64,000 nucleotides of DNA from Dehalococcoidia bacterium (GTDB lineage Bacteria; Chloroflexota; Dehalococcoidia; GIF9; AB-539-J10): contig PULQ01000060.1 of NCBI GenBank assembly GCA_003552465.1, positions 108-64,107 of the forward strand, in the 5' to 3' direction. The notes below the pieces were generated by a model. The model saw nothing but the letters and a program-made list of their open reading frames with translations. It was not told where the DNA came from and did no database searches. The translations under genes were made by a program, and so were the position numbers. Below, piece by piece: positions 17,385-27,298 of the stretch (position 1 is the stretch's first letter; each line of letters starts with the position of its first letter).

Positions 17385-19253
17385 ATGAAAGCCCACAGAC
17401 GATCGGAGAATCTGGTCATCACCGGTTTCTCGGGAACGGGCAAGTCGGTGGTTGCCGGGGAGATAGCCCGGATGCTGGGCTGGGATGTCGTTGATACCGA
17501 CGACGAAATAGTCAGGTCAGCCGGCAAACCCATCGCCGAGATCTTCCGAAATGATGGTGAGGCCAGGTTCAGAGAACTGGAGCGGGAGGAGGTAGCGAAG
17601 GCCTGCCGGCGAAGCCGGACTGTAATCGCGGTCGGAGGCGGCGCCATAGTCGACCCTCACAACTACGACATGCTGTCCCGGAGCGGCCTGATCGTATGCC
17701 TGGAGGCAAAGCCGGAGACGATATATGAGCGATTGTATAGCGAATCTGCTCGGCGTCCTCAAGCGGAGGTTCGTCCGCTACTGGCTGCCGATGATCCGCT
17801 GGAGCGGATCAAGCAGTTGAAGGCATCCCGGCAGCAGCACTACAGCAGGGCCGACCGGACGGTTCATACCGACTGCCTGAGCATCCACGAGGTGGCAGAC
17901 GAGGTTGTCAGGGCGTGGCGAATGCTCTGCCGAAATCAGCCCGATGTCGGGCCGCTGCCTTCAACTGAAGAGAAGCTGTGTTCGCAGCGGCAGGGTGCTG
18001 GTGACATCGCCTGTATGGTGGAGACCGCTGGTGGGAGCTATCCCGTCTTCGTCGGCTACGGTCTTCTGGACGACCTTGCCGACAGGATGAAGCAGGCATC
18101 GCTTTCCGGTGCTGCCATCATCATCAGCGATGAGAACGTTTTCCCGCTTTATGGGGAGCGAGTTGCGGCAAACCTGAAAGGCGCCGGATTTCACGTTGAT
18201 TCGTTCTTAGTGTCAGCGGGCGAAGACGCTAAGAGCATGGACAATGCGGGTAGGATATACGATTTCCTGGTCGGGCAGCGGGTGGAGCGCGACGATGTTA
18301 TTGTCGCGCTGGGTGGTGGTGTGGTGGGCGACCTGGCCGGCTTTGTCGCCGCCACCTTCATGAGGGGCATGAACTGGGTGCAGGTTCCGACCACCCTGAT
18401 TGCCATGGTTGATGCCAGCATCGGAGGCAAGGTCGGGGTCAACCATCCCCGGGCGAAGAACCTGATCGGTGCCTTCTACCAGCCCGCGCTGGTTCTCGCC
18501 GACTGTCGGGCTCTGTCCACTCTTCCAGAGCGTGAACTGGTCTCGGGCTGGGCTGAGGTCATCAAGCACGGCCTGATCCTGGATGCGGATTTTCTTGGCT
18601 TTCTGGAGTCCGATGCAGACAGTCTGAAGGCTCTGGAACAGGAAGCGATCACGCGTGCGGTCGCGCGCAGCGCGGCTATCAAGGTAGGAGTAGTGAGCGA
18701 GGACGAGCGAGAGAGGACGGGCAGACGAACGATCCTGAACTTCGGACACACAATGGGCCATGGTCTGGAGGCCGCCGCCGGGTATGACGGCTTTCTTCAT
18801 GGAGAAGCCGTGGCGATCGGCATGATGGGGGCAGCCAGGCTAAGCGAGCGGTTGGGGCTTCTGACTTCAGCAGCGGTCGACCGCCAGAAAGCTCTGCTGC
18901 AGGCGTTTGGCTTACCCACGTCGCTGGGCGACTTCGTTTCATCGTCGGGCGCCCTTTCCGCCTCGTCCTTGGGCAGCGACGCTTCCCCGTCCCTGGACAC
19001 CGACCCGTCTTCGTCATCGCGAGAAGTCCCGCCCCTGTCATCGCGAGAAGTCCCGCCCCTGTCATCGCGAGCGAAGCGAAGCGATCTCAAGATAAGCCTC
19101 GCCGAGGTAATCGGCGCTATGGAGTTGGACAAGAAGAAGAAGGGTAGCGCCATCCGCTGGGTGCTGCTCGAGGACATCGGCAAAGCGACGATTCGCAGCA
19201 ATGTGCCTGAGGAAGAAGTGCTAGCCGTCCTTCGTGCGCTACTCGAGCATTGA
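17385..19253 (+). CDS. aroB: Fused shikimate kinase / 3-dehydroquinate synthase (AroK-AroB) with an in-frame repeat insertion
   Basis: GFSGTGKS and RPLL (AroK); GGGVVGD, PTT, DASIGGK, LNFGHT, HGEAV, DKK (AroB). Confidence 0.95.
   Translation: MKAHRRSENLVITGFSGTGKSVVAGEIARMLGWDVVDTDDEIVRSAGKPIAEIFRNDGEARFRELEREEVAKACRRSRTVIAVGGGAIVDPHNYDMLSRSGLIVCLEAKPETIYERLYSESARRPQAEVRPLLAADDPLERIKQLKASRQQHYSRADRTVHTDCLSIHEVADEVVRAWRMLCRNQPDVGPLPSTEEKLCSQRQGAGDIACMVETAGGSYPVFVGYGLLDDLADRMKQASLSGAAIIISDENVFPLYGERVAANLKGAGFHVDSFLVSAGEDAKSMDNAGRIYDFLVGQRVERDDVIVALGGGVVGDLAGFVAATFMRGMNWVQVPTTLIAMVDASIGGKVGVNHPRAKNLIGAFYQPALVLADCRALSTLPERELVSGWAEVIKHGLILDADFLGFLESDADSLKALEQEAITRAVARSAAIKVGVVSEDERERTGRRTILNFGHTMGHGLEAAAGYDGFLHGEAVAIGMMGAARLSERLGLLTSAAVDRQKALLQAFGLPTSLGDFVSSSGALSASSLGSDASPSLDTDPSSSSREVPPLSSREVPPLSSRAKRSDLKISLAEVIGAMELDKKKKGSAIRWVLLEDIGKATIRSNVPEEEVLAVLRALLEH
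19013..19088 (+). repeat. 24-bp tandem repeat ending in a REP-like unit inside aroB
   Basis: gtcatcgcgagaagtcccgcccct x2 followed by gtcatcgcgagcgaagcgaagcgatctc. Confidence 0.85.
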
Positions 19254-19414
19254 CTTGAAGGTCGGGTCAGACAGATCCCGGTTTGCCTGTCATGGGAGCG
19301 GGTGCGCATCGATTAACTGGCGAGACTGGCGGACTGCTTCAGTGGCATCCGATCCGGAAGGTAATCCAACAGGAAAACGTTTATAATTTGTGTAGGAACT
19401 GTAAGGAGGCGACT

Positions 19415-19606
19415 ATGGCTGCTGTAAGGTTCATATACTGGCAAGATGCTGATGTTTGGGTTGGCTATCTGGAGGATTATCCGGACTACTGGACACAGGG
19501 GGAGTCCCTGGATGAACTAAAGGAGAATCTGAAGGATATTCACGAAGACCTGACGAGTGGTACTATCCCATACGTGCGAAAGGCGGCGGAACTGGAAATC
19601 GCATGA
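19415..19606 (+). CDS. hicB: HicB-family antitoxin (short)
   Basis: WVGYLEDYPDYWTQGESLDELKENL; AAGGAGG RBS. Confidence 0.85.
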   Translation: MAAVRFIYWQDADVWVGYLEDYPDYWTQGESLDELKENLKDIHEDLTSGTIPYVRKAAELEIA

Positions 19607-19785
19607 AGAGGAGGGATCTGGTCAGGCATCTGGAGAGGACTGGCTGCGTCCTCATCAGGCACGGAAGGAAGCACGACTGGTATCAGAACCCGACAACAAG
19701 GATCTCTCAACCTGTTCCAAGACACAGCGAGATCAACGACAATCTAGCCAAACGCATCATGAGGATGTTGCAGGCTGAGGATTAG
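19603..19785 (+). CDS. hicA: HicA-family toxin
   Basis: MKRRDLVRHLE...RHGRKHDWY...VPRHSEI; ATGA overlap with hicB. Confidence 0.88.
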   Translation: MKRRDLVRHLERTGCVLIRHGRKHDWYQNPTTRISQPVPRHSEINDNLAKRIMRMLQAED

Positions 19786-19860
19786 CTGGTTCGTTGAGAC
19801 GATGCTGCCCGCGGCCCTGTACAGCAGATACCAGGCGACTTGCATGCTCGGAGGTTCACT

Positions 19861-20274
19861 ATGGACGATCTACTGCGTTTGGGCAAAGAAGCCGTGGCAT
19901 CACAGCCCTTCAGTGTCCTGATCGGAGCGGAGCTGACAGGTCTATCACCTGGCCAGGCAGAACTAAGGGTTCCCGTCACTCCTCAGTTGCGACAACAGCA
20001 CGGTTTCGTTCACGGAGGGGTGATCAGCTATGCGGCGGACAACACCCTCACGGCCGCAGGCGCCAGCGTTCTCGGACCGGAGATCGTAACATCGGAGTAC
20101 AAGATCAACTATCTCAGACCCGTCGTGGGCGCAGCTTTGGTCGCCAGGGCAACGGTCGTTCACTCCAGCAGGTCCCAGGCCGTCTGTCGTTGTGACGTGT
20201 TCACGGTCGACGGCGATAGTGAGGTTCTCTGCGCTGTGGCCCAGGGCACAATAGTCAAGATGACCCCCACATAG
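19861..20274 (+). CDS. PaaI-family thioesterase
   Basis: QQHGFVHGGVISYAADN, EYKINYLRP. Confidence 0.92.
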   Translation: MDDLLRLGKEAVASQPFSVLIGAELTGLSPGQAELRVPVTPQLRQQHGFVHGGVISYAADNTLTAAGASVLGPEIVTSEYKINYLRPVVGAALVARATVVHSSRSQAVCRCDVFTVDGDSEVLCAVAQGTIVKMTPT

Positions 20275-20362
20275 GGACACGTCCATTTCTGAGAATACCT
20301 CAAATGGCTGAGTTGCTGTGTTCGTGAAACACTCAACCACGGGAAAATGGACGTGTCCCTAT
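20271..20362. repeat. 18-bp perfect inverted repeat enclosing 56 bp (MITE/REP-like or terminator)
   Basis: atagggacacgtccattt (20271-20288) ... aaatggacgtgtccctat (20345-20362). Confidence 0.75.
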
Positions 20363-20583
20363 CTGGGGGGACAGATCTGCGGGCGGTGCTTTGCCCGATA
20401 CGTTATGGACTCAGTATCGCCGGGTTCTCTGCAGCGGGGCCGGCCATCACGTCGCCAGTCTTCCTCAGGAGTATAACAACGGTGAAGGCCCGGTGCCTTC
20501 ACCACTCGGTTTTCTGTACGTGTATCGATTGAAAGGGTGCCCTGCATGGGCTATAATTGCGAATCCACAGAAGGAAAGAGTCG

Positions 20584-22395
20584 TTGCTGAAGAACTACAA
20601 CTGCGGTGATCTGGGTGAAAGGCATGCGGGACAGGAGGTCACTCTGGCCGGCTGGGTGCACCGGCGTCGCGACCACGGCGGCAAGGTTTTCATCGACCTG
20701 CGTGACCGCGAAGGGGTCGTCCAGGTGGTGTTCAACCCCCAGGTATCAGAGCCGTCGTGCCAGCTGGCCGGTTCGCTGCGTAGCGAGTATGTGATACAGG
20801 TCAGGGGAGAGGTCGTGCCGCGTCCCACGGGAACGGAGAATCCGAAGCTGAGTACCGGGGGGGTCGAGGTCGTGGCCAGGGAGCTCGTTATCCTCAATCC
20901 ATCGAAGACCCCTCCCTTCTATGTAAGTGAAGACGAGGAAGTGGAGGAATCGCTCTGCCTCAAGAACCGCTATCTGTATCTGAGAAGGCAGCGGATGAAG
21001 GACAATCTGCTTCTGCGCCACAGGATCATCAAGTTCATCCGTGATTTCCTGGACACTAAGGGGTTCGCTGAGATCGAGACCCCGATTCTGATCAAGAGTA
21101 CACCGGAGGGAGCGCGCGATTACCTCGTGCCCAGCCGTGTCAACCCGGGGAAGTTCTATGCCCTTCCTCAGTCTCCTCAGCAACTCAAGCAGATTCTCAT
21201 GGTGGCAGGCTTCGACAGGTACTTCCAGATAGCACGGTGCTTCAGGGACGAAGACCTGAGGGCCGACCGCCAACCGGAGTTCACACAGCTTGACCTGGAG
21301 ATGAGTTTTGTCGAGATGGATGACATACTCCGTCTCATGGAGGAGTTGTTCGTGTTGCTGGTGCAGGCTACCAGGCCTGATATGCGCGTGCTCAAACCGT
21401 TCCCGCATCTTTCCTTTGCGGAGGCGATGGAGAAGTACGGCACCGACAAGCCGGATATCAGGTTCGGCCTGGAGATCAGGGATCTGTCCGACATCGCAGC
21501 GACGACAGACTTCCGGGTCTTCCGCTCGGTGCTTGAGAGCGGCGGCAAGGTGAAGGGCATCTGTGTTCCCGGGTGCAGTCACTACACACGCCATCAACTG
21601 GATGAGTTGATCGAGCTGGCAAAGGGTTGCGGCGCCGGCGGTCTGACCACCGTGGCATTCACGGGTGAGACGATGAACCCGGACGGGGTGAAGTCGGCTG
21701 CCGCCAAGCACCTGGAATCCCGGCATTTCGAGGAGATGGCCGCCAGGTTCAAGGCAGAGCCCGGCGCACTATTGCTGATCGTGGCCGATAAGCCTGAGGT
21801 CGTCAACAAGACGCTTGACGGGCTGCGGCGCGAGATGGCAGATCGGCTCGGTCTGGCGGACCCCGCGCTGTTGGCATTCGCGTTCGTGGTCGATTTCCCT
21901 CTGCTGGAGTGGAGCGATACCACGGGGAACTGGGATACCATGCACCATCCTTTCACGGCGCCCAGGGAGGATGATCTGCCGTTTCTTGAGACAGAACCGG
22001 CGCGGGTCTACGGCCAGCACTATGATGTGGGATGCAACGGCTGTGAACTGGGCAGCGGCAGTATCAGAGTTCACAATCGCGGGCTTCAGGAGAAGATATT
22101 CGGTCTGCTCGGCTATACCGACGAGCAGATGCAGGGCCGGTTTTCGGGTCTCCTGGAAGCGCTGGAATACGGAGCACCGCCCCACGGCGGAATAGCCATC
22201 GGGCTGGACCGCCTCGTGATGCTTTTTGCCGGGGAACAGAGCATAAGGGAGGTAATAGCGTTTCCCAAGAACCAGAATGCCGTGGATGTTATGCTGGGCA
22301 GTCCCTCCTATGTTGACACGAGTCAGCTGGACGAGCTCAATCTAAAGCTGAAGCACGAGATACTGCGGCACGATGAGAAGGAGCAGGGTGTATGA
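20584..22395 (+). CDS. aspS: Aspartate--tRNA ligase (probably non-discriminating)
   Basis: [51 protein letters not shown] start chosen. Confidence 0.97.
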   Translation: MLKNYNCGDLGERHAGQEVTLAGWVHRRRDHGGKVFIDLRDREGVVQVVFNPQVSEPSCQLAGSLRSEYVIQVRGEVVPRPTGTENPKLSTGGVEVVARELVILNPSKTPPFYVSEDEEVEESLCLKNRYLYLRRQRMKDNLLLRHRIIKFIRDFLDTKGFAEIETPILIKSTPEGARDYLVPSRVNPGKFYALPQSPQQLKQILMVAGFDRYFQIARCFRDEDLRADRQPEFTQLDLEMSFVEMDDILRLMEELFVLLVQATRPDMRVLKPFPHLSFAEAMEKYGTDKPDIRFGLEIRDLSDIAATTDFRVFRSVLESGGKVKGICVPGCSHYTRHQLDELIELAKGCGAGGLTTVAFTGETMNPDGVKSAAAKHLESRHFEEMAARFKAEPGALLLIVADKPEVVNKTLDGLRREMADRLGLADPALLAFAFVVDFPLLEWSDTTGNWDTMHHPFTAPREDDLPFLETEPARVYGQHYDVGCNGCELGSGSIRVHNRGLQEKIFGLLGYTDEQMQGRFSGLLEALEYGAPPHGGIAIGLDRLVMLFAGEQSIREVIAFPKNQNAVDVMLGSPSYVDTSQLDELNLKLKHEILRHDEKEQGV

Positions 22396-23684
22396 AGGTT
22401 AGCAGAGAGAACCTGGAAGACTGCCAGGCAGTTCTAACTATCGAGGTCGAAGCAGGTGAAATGGATGAATCCCTGGAAGCGGCCTATCGGCACCTCGTGA
22501 ACAGGGTATCCATACCGGGCTTCCGCAAGGGTAAAGCACCAAGGGCCATTCTTGTGCAGCACATTGGCAGGCAGAGTCTGCTGGAGGAGGCGTACGAGCA
22601 TCTGATTCCTGAGTTGTACAGACAGGCGATCGAGTCCGAGGAACTCGAGCCGGTTGCCAGGCCGGAGGTCGAGATAACTCAGACCGAGCCCCTGGTTTTC
22701 AAGGCAGTAGTGCCTCTCAGGCCTGAGGTCAAGCTCGGTGATTACCGGAGCATGAATCTCGAGCCCGCTCCCGAGGTGAAGATCGGCAAGGAGGAAGTCA
22801 CCGCGGCTATAGAGGATTTCCGGCAAGCGAAGGGGACGTGGGTACCCGTGGACCGTCCTGTGCAGTTCGGTGACCTGGTTACAATGGACGTTGATGCAAG
22901 CGTTGAGGGCACACCCTGGCTGAACCACAACGACGTCGTATACGAGGTGGACGCGGATTCGCGCTCGCCGGTACCGGGATTCGCCTCTCAGCTTGAGGGT
23001 GTCGAGAAGAATAGGGAGACCGTATTCAGCTTGCCCGTTCCCGACGATCACCCCGTTGAAGAGATGCGAGGCAAGGAGGCGGAGTTCAGAGTTACCGTTA
23101 CCGAGACCAAGCAGAAGGAACTGCCGGGACTCGATGATGAGCTGGCCAGGAGCGCAGGCTATGACGATCTGGCCGCCATGAAGAAGAAGGTGGCTGAAGA
23201 TCTGAAGACCCATGCTGAGGCCAGCAATCGTTCGCAGCTAAAGCAGAAGGCGCTCGACGCCCTTGTTGACATCAGTGAGGTGAGCTATCCGCCTGTTTTC
23301 GAGGAGGAAGAGATCACGGGCATCCTTAAGGATGAGGCTCGCCGCCTCGGTTTCACGGAACCGGAAGAGTACTTGAAGGCCAGGAACAAGACCGAGGAGG
23401 AGGTCAAGGAGGAGATCCGTCCGATAGCCAGGAAGCGCCTGCTTCAGGGACTGGTTCTGGAGAAGCTGGCTCAGGAGGAGAAGATCGAAGTCGACTCCTC
23501 CGAGGTGGATGGTCGAGCCGATGAAATGGCAGGTGGCTCCGAGGACCGGGAGAAGGCAGAGCAGTTCTTCTCGCATCCCCGGATCAGGCAGTCGATCGAA
23601 CAGTCGCTGCTCACACAGAAGACCCTGGACCGGCTGCTGGAGGTGGCAGTCGGCAGTGCCGAAGAAACGACAAAGGAGGAATGA
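22392..23684 (+). CDS. tig: Trigger factor
   Basis: [10 protein letters not shown] ribosome-binding motif; FKBP-like and C-terminal domains. Confidence 0.96.
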   Translation: MKVSRENLEDCQAVLTIEVEAGEMDESLEAAYRHLVNRVSIPGFRKGKAPRAILVQHIGRQSLLEEAYEHLIPELYRQAIESEELEPVARPEVEITQTEPLVFKAVVPLRPEVKLGDYRSMNLEPAPEVKIGKEEVTAAIEDFRQAKGTWVPVDRPVQFGDLVTMDVDASVEGTPWLNHNDVVYEVDADSRSPVPGFASQLEGVEKNRETVFSLPVPDDHPVEEMRGKEAEFRVTVTETKQKELPGLDDELARSAGYDDLAAMKKKVAEDLKTHAEASNRSQLKQKALDALVDISEVSYPPVFEEEEITGILKDEARRLGFTEPEEYLKARNKTEEEVKEEIRPIARKRLLQGLVLEKLAQEEKIEVDSSEVDGRADEMAGGSEDREKAEQFFSHPRIRQSIEQSLLTQKTLDRLLEVAVGSAEETTKEE

Positions 23685-24298
23685 TGGATACAGTATCGCA
23701 AGTGATAATCCCTACGGTGACCGAGAGCAGTGCTCGGGGTGAGCGTATCTTCGATATATACTCTCTTCTGCTGAGAGAGAGAATCGTCTTCCTGGGCACT
23801 CCCATCAACGACCAGGTAGCCAACCTCATCATCGCCCAGCTCCTGTATTTGGAAAGAGAAGATCCGGAGAAGGATATAAACCTCTATGTTCACTGTCCCG
23901 GCGGCATCATCAGCGCCGGACTGGCCATCTACGACACGATGCAGATCCTGCGCTGTCCGGTGTCCACGATCTGCGTGGGGCTTGCAGCCAGCATGGGAAC
24001 GGTGCTTCTCTGCGCAGGAACGAAGGGCAAGAGATACGCTTTGCCCAACTCGACCGTGCACCTGCACCAGGCGGTTGGCGGTGCTCAGGGGCAGGCAGCG
24101 GACATCGAGATTGCTGCCAGGGAGATCATGAGGATTCAGGAGAAGATACGCCAGATAATCGCCGCGCACACCGGTCAGCCTGTGGAGAAGATCGCCCATG
24201 ATATAGATAGGGATTTCTACCTGAGCTCTGAACAGGCAGTCGAGTACGGCATCGTCGATGAGATACTCAGCAAGCCGCCCAAGAAGGGAGGCGGATAG
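23681..24298 (+). CDS. clpP: ATP-dependent Clp protease proteolytic subunit
   Basis: DIYSLLLRERI, GLAASMG, HQ, DRDFY. Confidence 0.97.
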   Translation: MMDTVSQVIIPTVTESSARGERIFDIYSLLLRERIVFLGTPINDQVANLIIAQLLYLEREDPEKDINLYVHCPGGIISAGLAIYDTMQILRCPVSTICVGLAASMGTVLLCAGTKGKRYALPNSTVHLHQAVGGAQGQAADIEIAAREIMRIQEKIRQIIAAHTGQPVEKIAHDIDRDFYLSSEQAVEYGIVDEILSKPPKKGGG

Positions 24299-24443
24299 GC
24301 CGCTGTGAGCTGCGGCTGAAGTTAGCGTCGGGTTGATCAGAGCCTGGTCGCAGGAACGTGTGCAGACAAACCGTTGTCTGGCCGGGTGATGATCCCCTAG
24401 TGGAATCCAGCCTCGGTTCAGTCGAGGCGGATCCGGAGTTCGC

Positions 24444-24614
24444 ATGATGACAATCGATGTGCTGGGCCGGGCGCAGTTGATCCCGGTCGCCTATGCCTCT
24501 GGCGAACCGTTTGGCGGGCTGGGTAGAGGCGGGTTGATCACCATCATCGTCGTCTCGGTGATAGCCATCGTAACCTTCTGGTGGATCTTCCGCGAGACCG
24601 GCAGGCGAGAGTAG
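24444..24614 (+). CDS. Putative 56-aa single-pass membrane protein (below the ORF-track cutoff)
   Basis: GGAG RBS; MMTIDVLGRAQLIPVAYASGEPFGGLGRGGLITIIVVSVIAIVTFWWIFRETGRRE*. Confidence 0.55.
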   Translation: MMTIDVLGRAQLIPVAYASGEPFGGLGRGGLITIIVVSVIAIVTFWWIFRETGRRE

Positions 24615-24714
24615 GCGGAAGAGCACGTCCCCAGCTACTGTGCCAGACGCCGTACGCCTGCCTTCGCCTGATCACTGACAGCCGACCGCCGATAGCTGAT
24701 TGCCCGGGCTCCGA

Positions 24715-25386
24715 TCAGGCCTGACTTCCGGAAGGAATCCTCAGCACCCGCTTCCTGATCCTTGCCCATGTGCTTGCGAAGTGGGCCGTGTAGCCCGACT
24801 TCCGTCCGATTATCGTGCCCCTGGCCAGGGATGCCAGGAACCGCTCAGGCCCGTCAAACTCGTCCATCTCCACGTATGCCCTGCCGATCTCAGACGCGGT
24901 GTGGGCATCGCTGCCGGCGCTTGCCGCCTTTCCATGTTCGATGGCCAGTTGTTGAGCCCTGGCAATGCTGCGCGTGAATGTGGTGCGCGAATTGTAAGCC
25001 TCGACGATGTCCACTTGCGACATGATGTGGGGCGAGGTCAGCTTGTTGGTGTTACCCAGCAACGACCTGCCGAAGGGGTGGGGAATGGCGACCAGTCCAC
25101 CTTGGTCTTTGATACGCGCTATCGTTTCCTCGGGCGACAATCCCGGGGGGACTCTCTCGCTAAGGAAGAGCCCCATTATCTCTCCCGCCGTGGTCTGGAC
25201 CTCCTCGGCAACGATCACCTTGAAGGGCGCCATTTCGCTCAGCTTCAGGGCGCCTTCGATGATGTTGTGGTCGGCGATGGCAACACAGCTTATCTCCAGA
25301 TCCAGGCAGCGCTCGACGATCCGCTCCAGCGGTGTGAAACAGTCTATCGAGCAGCAGGTATGAACGTGTAGATCGGCTTTTAACAA
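24715..25386 (-). CDS. PHP-domain metal-dependent phosphoesterase
   Basis: DLHVHT, IADHN, PHP, GSDAH. Confidence 0.92.
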   Translation of the reverse strand: MLKADLHVHTCCSIDCFTPLERIVERCLDLEISCVAIADHNIIEGALKLSEMAPFKVIVAEEVQTTAGEIMGLFLSERVPPGLSPEETIARIKDQGGLVAIPHPFGRSLLGNTNKLTSPHIMSQVDIVEAYNSRTTFTRSIARAQQLAIEHGKAASAGSDAHTASEIGRAYVEMDEFDGPERFLASLARGTIIGRKSGYTAHFASTWARIRKRVLRIPSGSQA

Positions 25387-25527
25387 CAGGCTGAACGGTA
25401 CCTTCCCTAAGCAGTCCTGATTATACCAGATCCGGTCGAGATCGCCCCTTGCCCGTCAGGTCGTCGCCTGGCATTGTCGTGGAGACCTGAGCGGCGCTGT
25501 TCCGGGTGAGCATCTGTCCAGCTTCCC

Positions 25528-26088
25528 TTAGCCTGCTTTCTCCTGGTACTCGCCGGTGCGGGTGTTGACCTTGATGACGTCGCCCTCGTTGATGAACAGG
25601 GGAACCTGGACGGTCGCCCCCGTCTCCAGCGTGGCGGCCTTGGTTCCCGCCGTTGCCCTGTCTCCCTTGAAGCCAGGGTCTGTCTTCGTAACCTGAAGCT
25701 CTACAGAAATGGGCATCTCAACTGCAATCGTCTCTCCCTTGCTGGTAAGGATCTCCAGCACCATCCCTTCCTTGAGATAGCCGGTGCCCTCTCCGATTTG
25801 GGCGTCGGTCAACGCAAACTGCTCGTAGCTCTCGTTGTCCATGAAGTGGTACAGGTCACCGTCGCTGTACAGGTACTGTGCGGGGCGGTGCTCCAGGAAG
25901 ACGGGTGTGACCTTGTCCCCCGACTGCAGATTCCGCTCGGCGACGTTCCCCGTGCGGGCATCGCGGAGCCTCAGTTTTATGACAGGCTGCCTTTGCTGCA
26001 TTTTCACGTGCTGATATTCGATGACTACGTAGATGCTACCATCCAGCTCTATTGCTGCTCCCTTTCTCAATTCTCCTGCATCGATCAT
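25528..26088 (-). CDS. efp: Elongation factor P (atypical loop)
   Basis: YLYSDG, FMDNESYEQ, PGFKGD, LETG, VPLFI, TRTGEY. Confidence 0.95.
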   Translation of the reverse strand: MIDAGELRKGAAIELDGSIYVVIEYQHVKMQQRQPVIKLRLRDARTGNVAERNLQSGDKVTPVFLEHRPAQYLYSDGDLYHFMDNESYEQFALTDAQIGEGTGYLKEGMVLEILTSKGETIAVEMPISVELQVTKTDPGFKGDRATAGTKAATLETGATVQVPLFINEGDVIKVNTRTGEYQEKAG

Positions 26089-26122
26089 TGGCTGTACTCC
26101 CTCTCTATCATGTGGTTGACTA

Positions 26123-27196
26123 TCAAAGGTCCTTACCTGCTCGGGTAAGCGTTCTTGCCTTGCCGTTCTCCAGGACCACGATGTCCTCGATCCTGACTCC
26201 GCCTGTTCCTGGCAGGTAGATCCCGGGCTCTATGGTGAAAACCATGCCATCGGCGAGTGTACCCGTGGAGGCCGGGCCCACGGTGGGGAGTTCGTGCACT
26301 GCCAGTCCGACACCGTGTCCCAGTCCGTGGCCGAATCGGTCTCCGTGGCCGGCCTCCTCGATGACGCTCCGGGCCAGTTGGTCTGCCTGCGCAGCTTCCA
26401 TGCCCGACGTTACTCCCTCTATCGCTGCCATCTGCGCCTTCAGGACTATATCGTAGATGTTCGCCATGTCCTTATCGGCTACGCTCGGGAAGATGGTCCG
26501 GGTGAGGTCGCTGCAGTAGCCTCCGATCCTGGCGCCCATATCTATGACCACCGGCTCACCTGATACTAGCTTCTTGTCTGTGGGACGGGCGTGGGGCAGG
26601 GCCCCGTTCGGGCCGGAAGCCACGATGATCTCGAAGGCCACGCCATCACTTCCTCCCTGGCGGAGCAGCTTTTCTATCTCCCATGCCGCCTCCTTCTCGG
26701 TCATGCCGGGGTGCATCAGCCTTCTGGCTTCTTCAAAGACGTCATCGCCCAGCTGCACGGCCTCTGTGATGAGCGCCAGTTCCTCCGGTTCTTTGATGGA
26801 ACGAAGAGCCTCCACGAGGCCGGTGGCGGGCACGAGTTCGAGGACGACCTGTGCAGTCTTCAGTGCATCGCCGAGCTGCTGGTGGCTATCGTACGACACG
26901 AAATCCGCTTCGAAGCCCAGTTTCTGCACTACCATGTCGGACACCACGCCGGGAAACCAGTCGCGCAACTCGCGCTTGGTCTGGATGACGGCGAACTCCG
27001 GCGATTCGGCCTTCGCTTGCTCGACGTAGCGGAAGTCGGTGGCCAGAACGGCCTCTCTGGAAGATATGATCAGCCATCCAGCGGAGCCTGTGAAGCCTGA
27101 TAGGTAGTGGCGGTTCTCCGGCCGGCAGACCAGGATGCCGTCCAGTCCCTTTTCGGACATGGACGTCCGCAGCTTCTGTAATCGTTCCATTGCCAA
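26123..27196 (-). CDS. pepP: Xaa-Pro aminopeptidase (M24)
   Basis: YLSGFTGS, DMGA...YCSDLTRT, HGLGHGVG, HE, EPGIY, GVRIED. Confidence 0.94.
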   Translation of the reverse strand: MAMERLQKLRTSMSEKGLDGILVCRPENRHYLSGFTGSAGWLIISSREAVLATDFRYVEQAKAESPEFAVIQTKRELRDWFPGVVSDMVVQKLGFEADFVSYDSHQQLGDALKTAQVVLELVPATGLVEALRSIKEPEELALITEAVQLGDDVFEEARRLMHPGMTEKEAAWEIEKLLRQGGSDGVAFEIIVASGPNGALPHARPTDKKLVSGEPVVIDMGARIGGYCSDLTRTIFPSVADKDMANIYDIVLKAQMAAIEGVTSGMEAAQADQLARSVIEEAGHGDRFGHGLGHGVGLAVHELPTVGPASTGTLADGMVFTIEPGIYLPGTGGVRIEDIVVLENGKARTLTRAGKDL

Positions 27197-27298
27197 CTCC
27201 TTCTCCGGGTCTTAGGCGACTCCGGACTTGTTGTCTTGATTACTATGCTGTCATACCGAGTAAGCCCTATGGTCTCCCTCGGCGTAGAGTGCACTGGC

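Noticed and set aside
8643..23213. Long antisense ORFs over alaS, aspS and tig (251-424 aa)
   Set aside because: In-register shadows caused by GC-rich codon bias; no recognisable motifs
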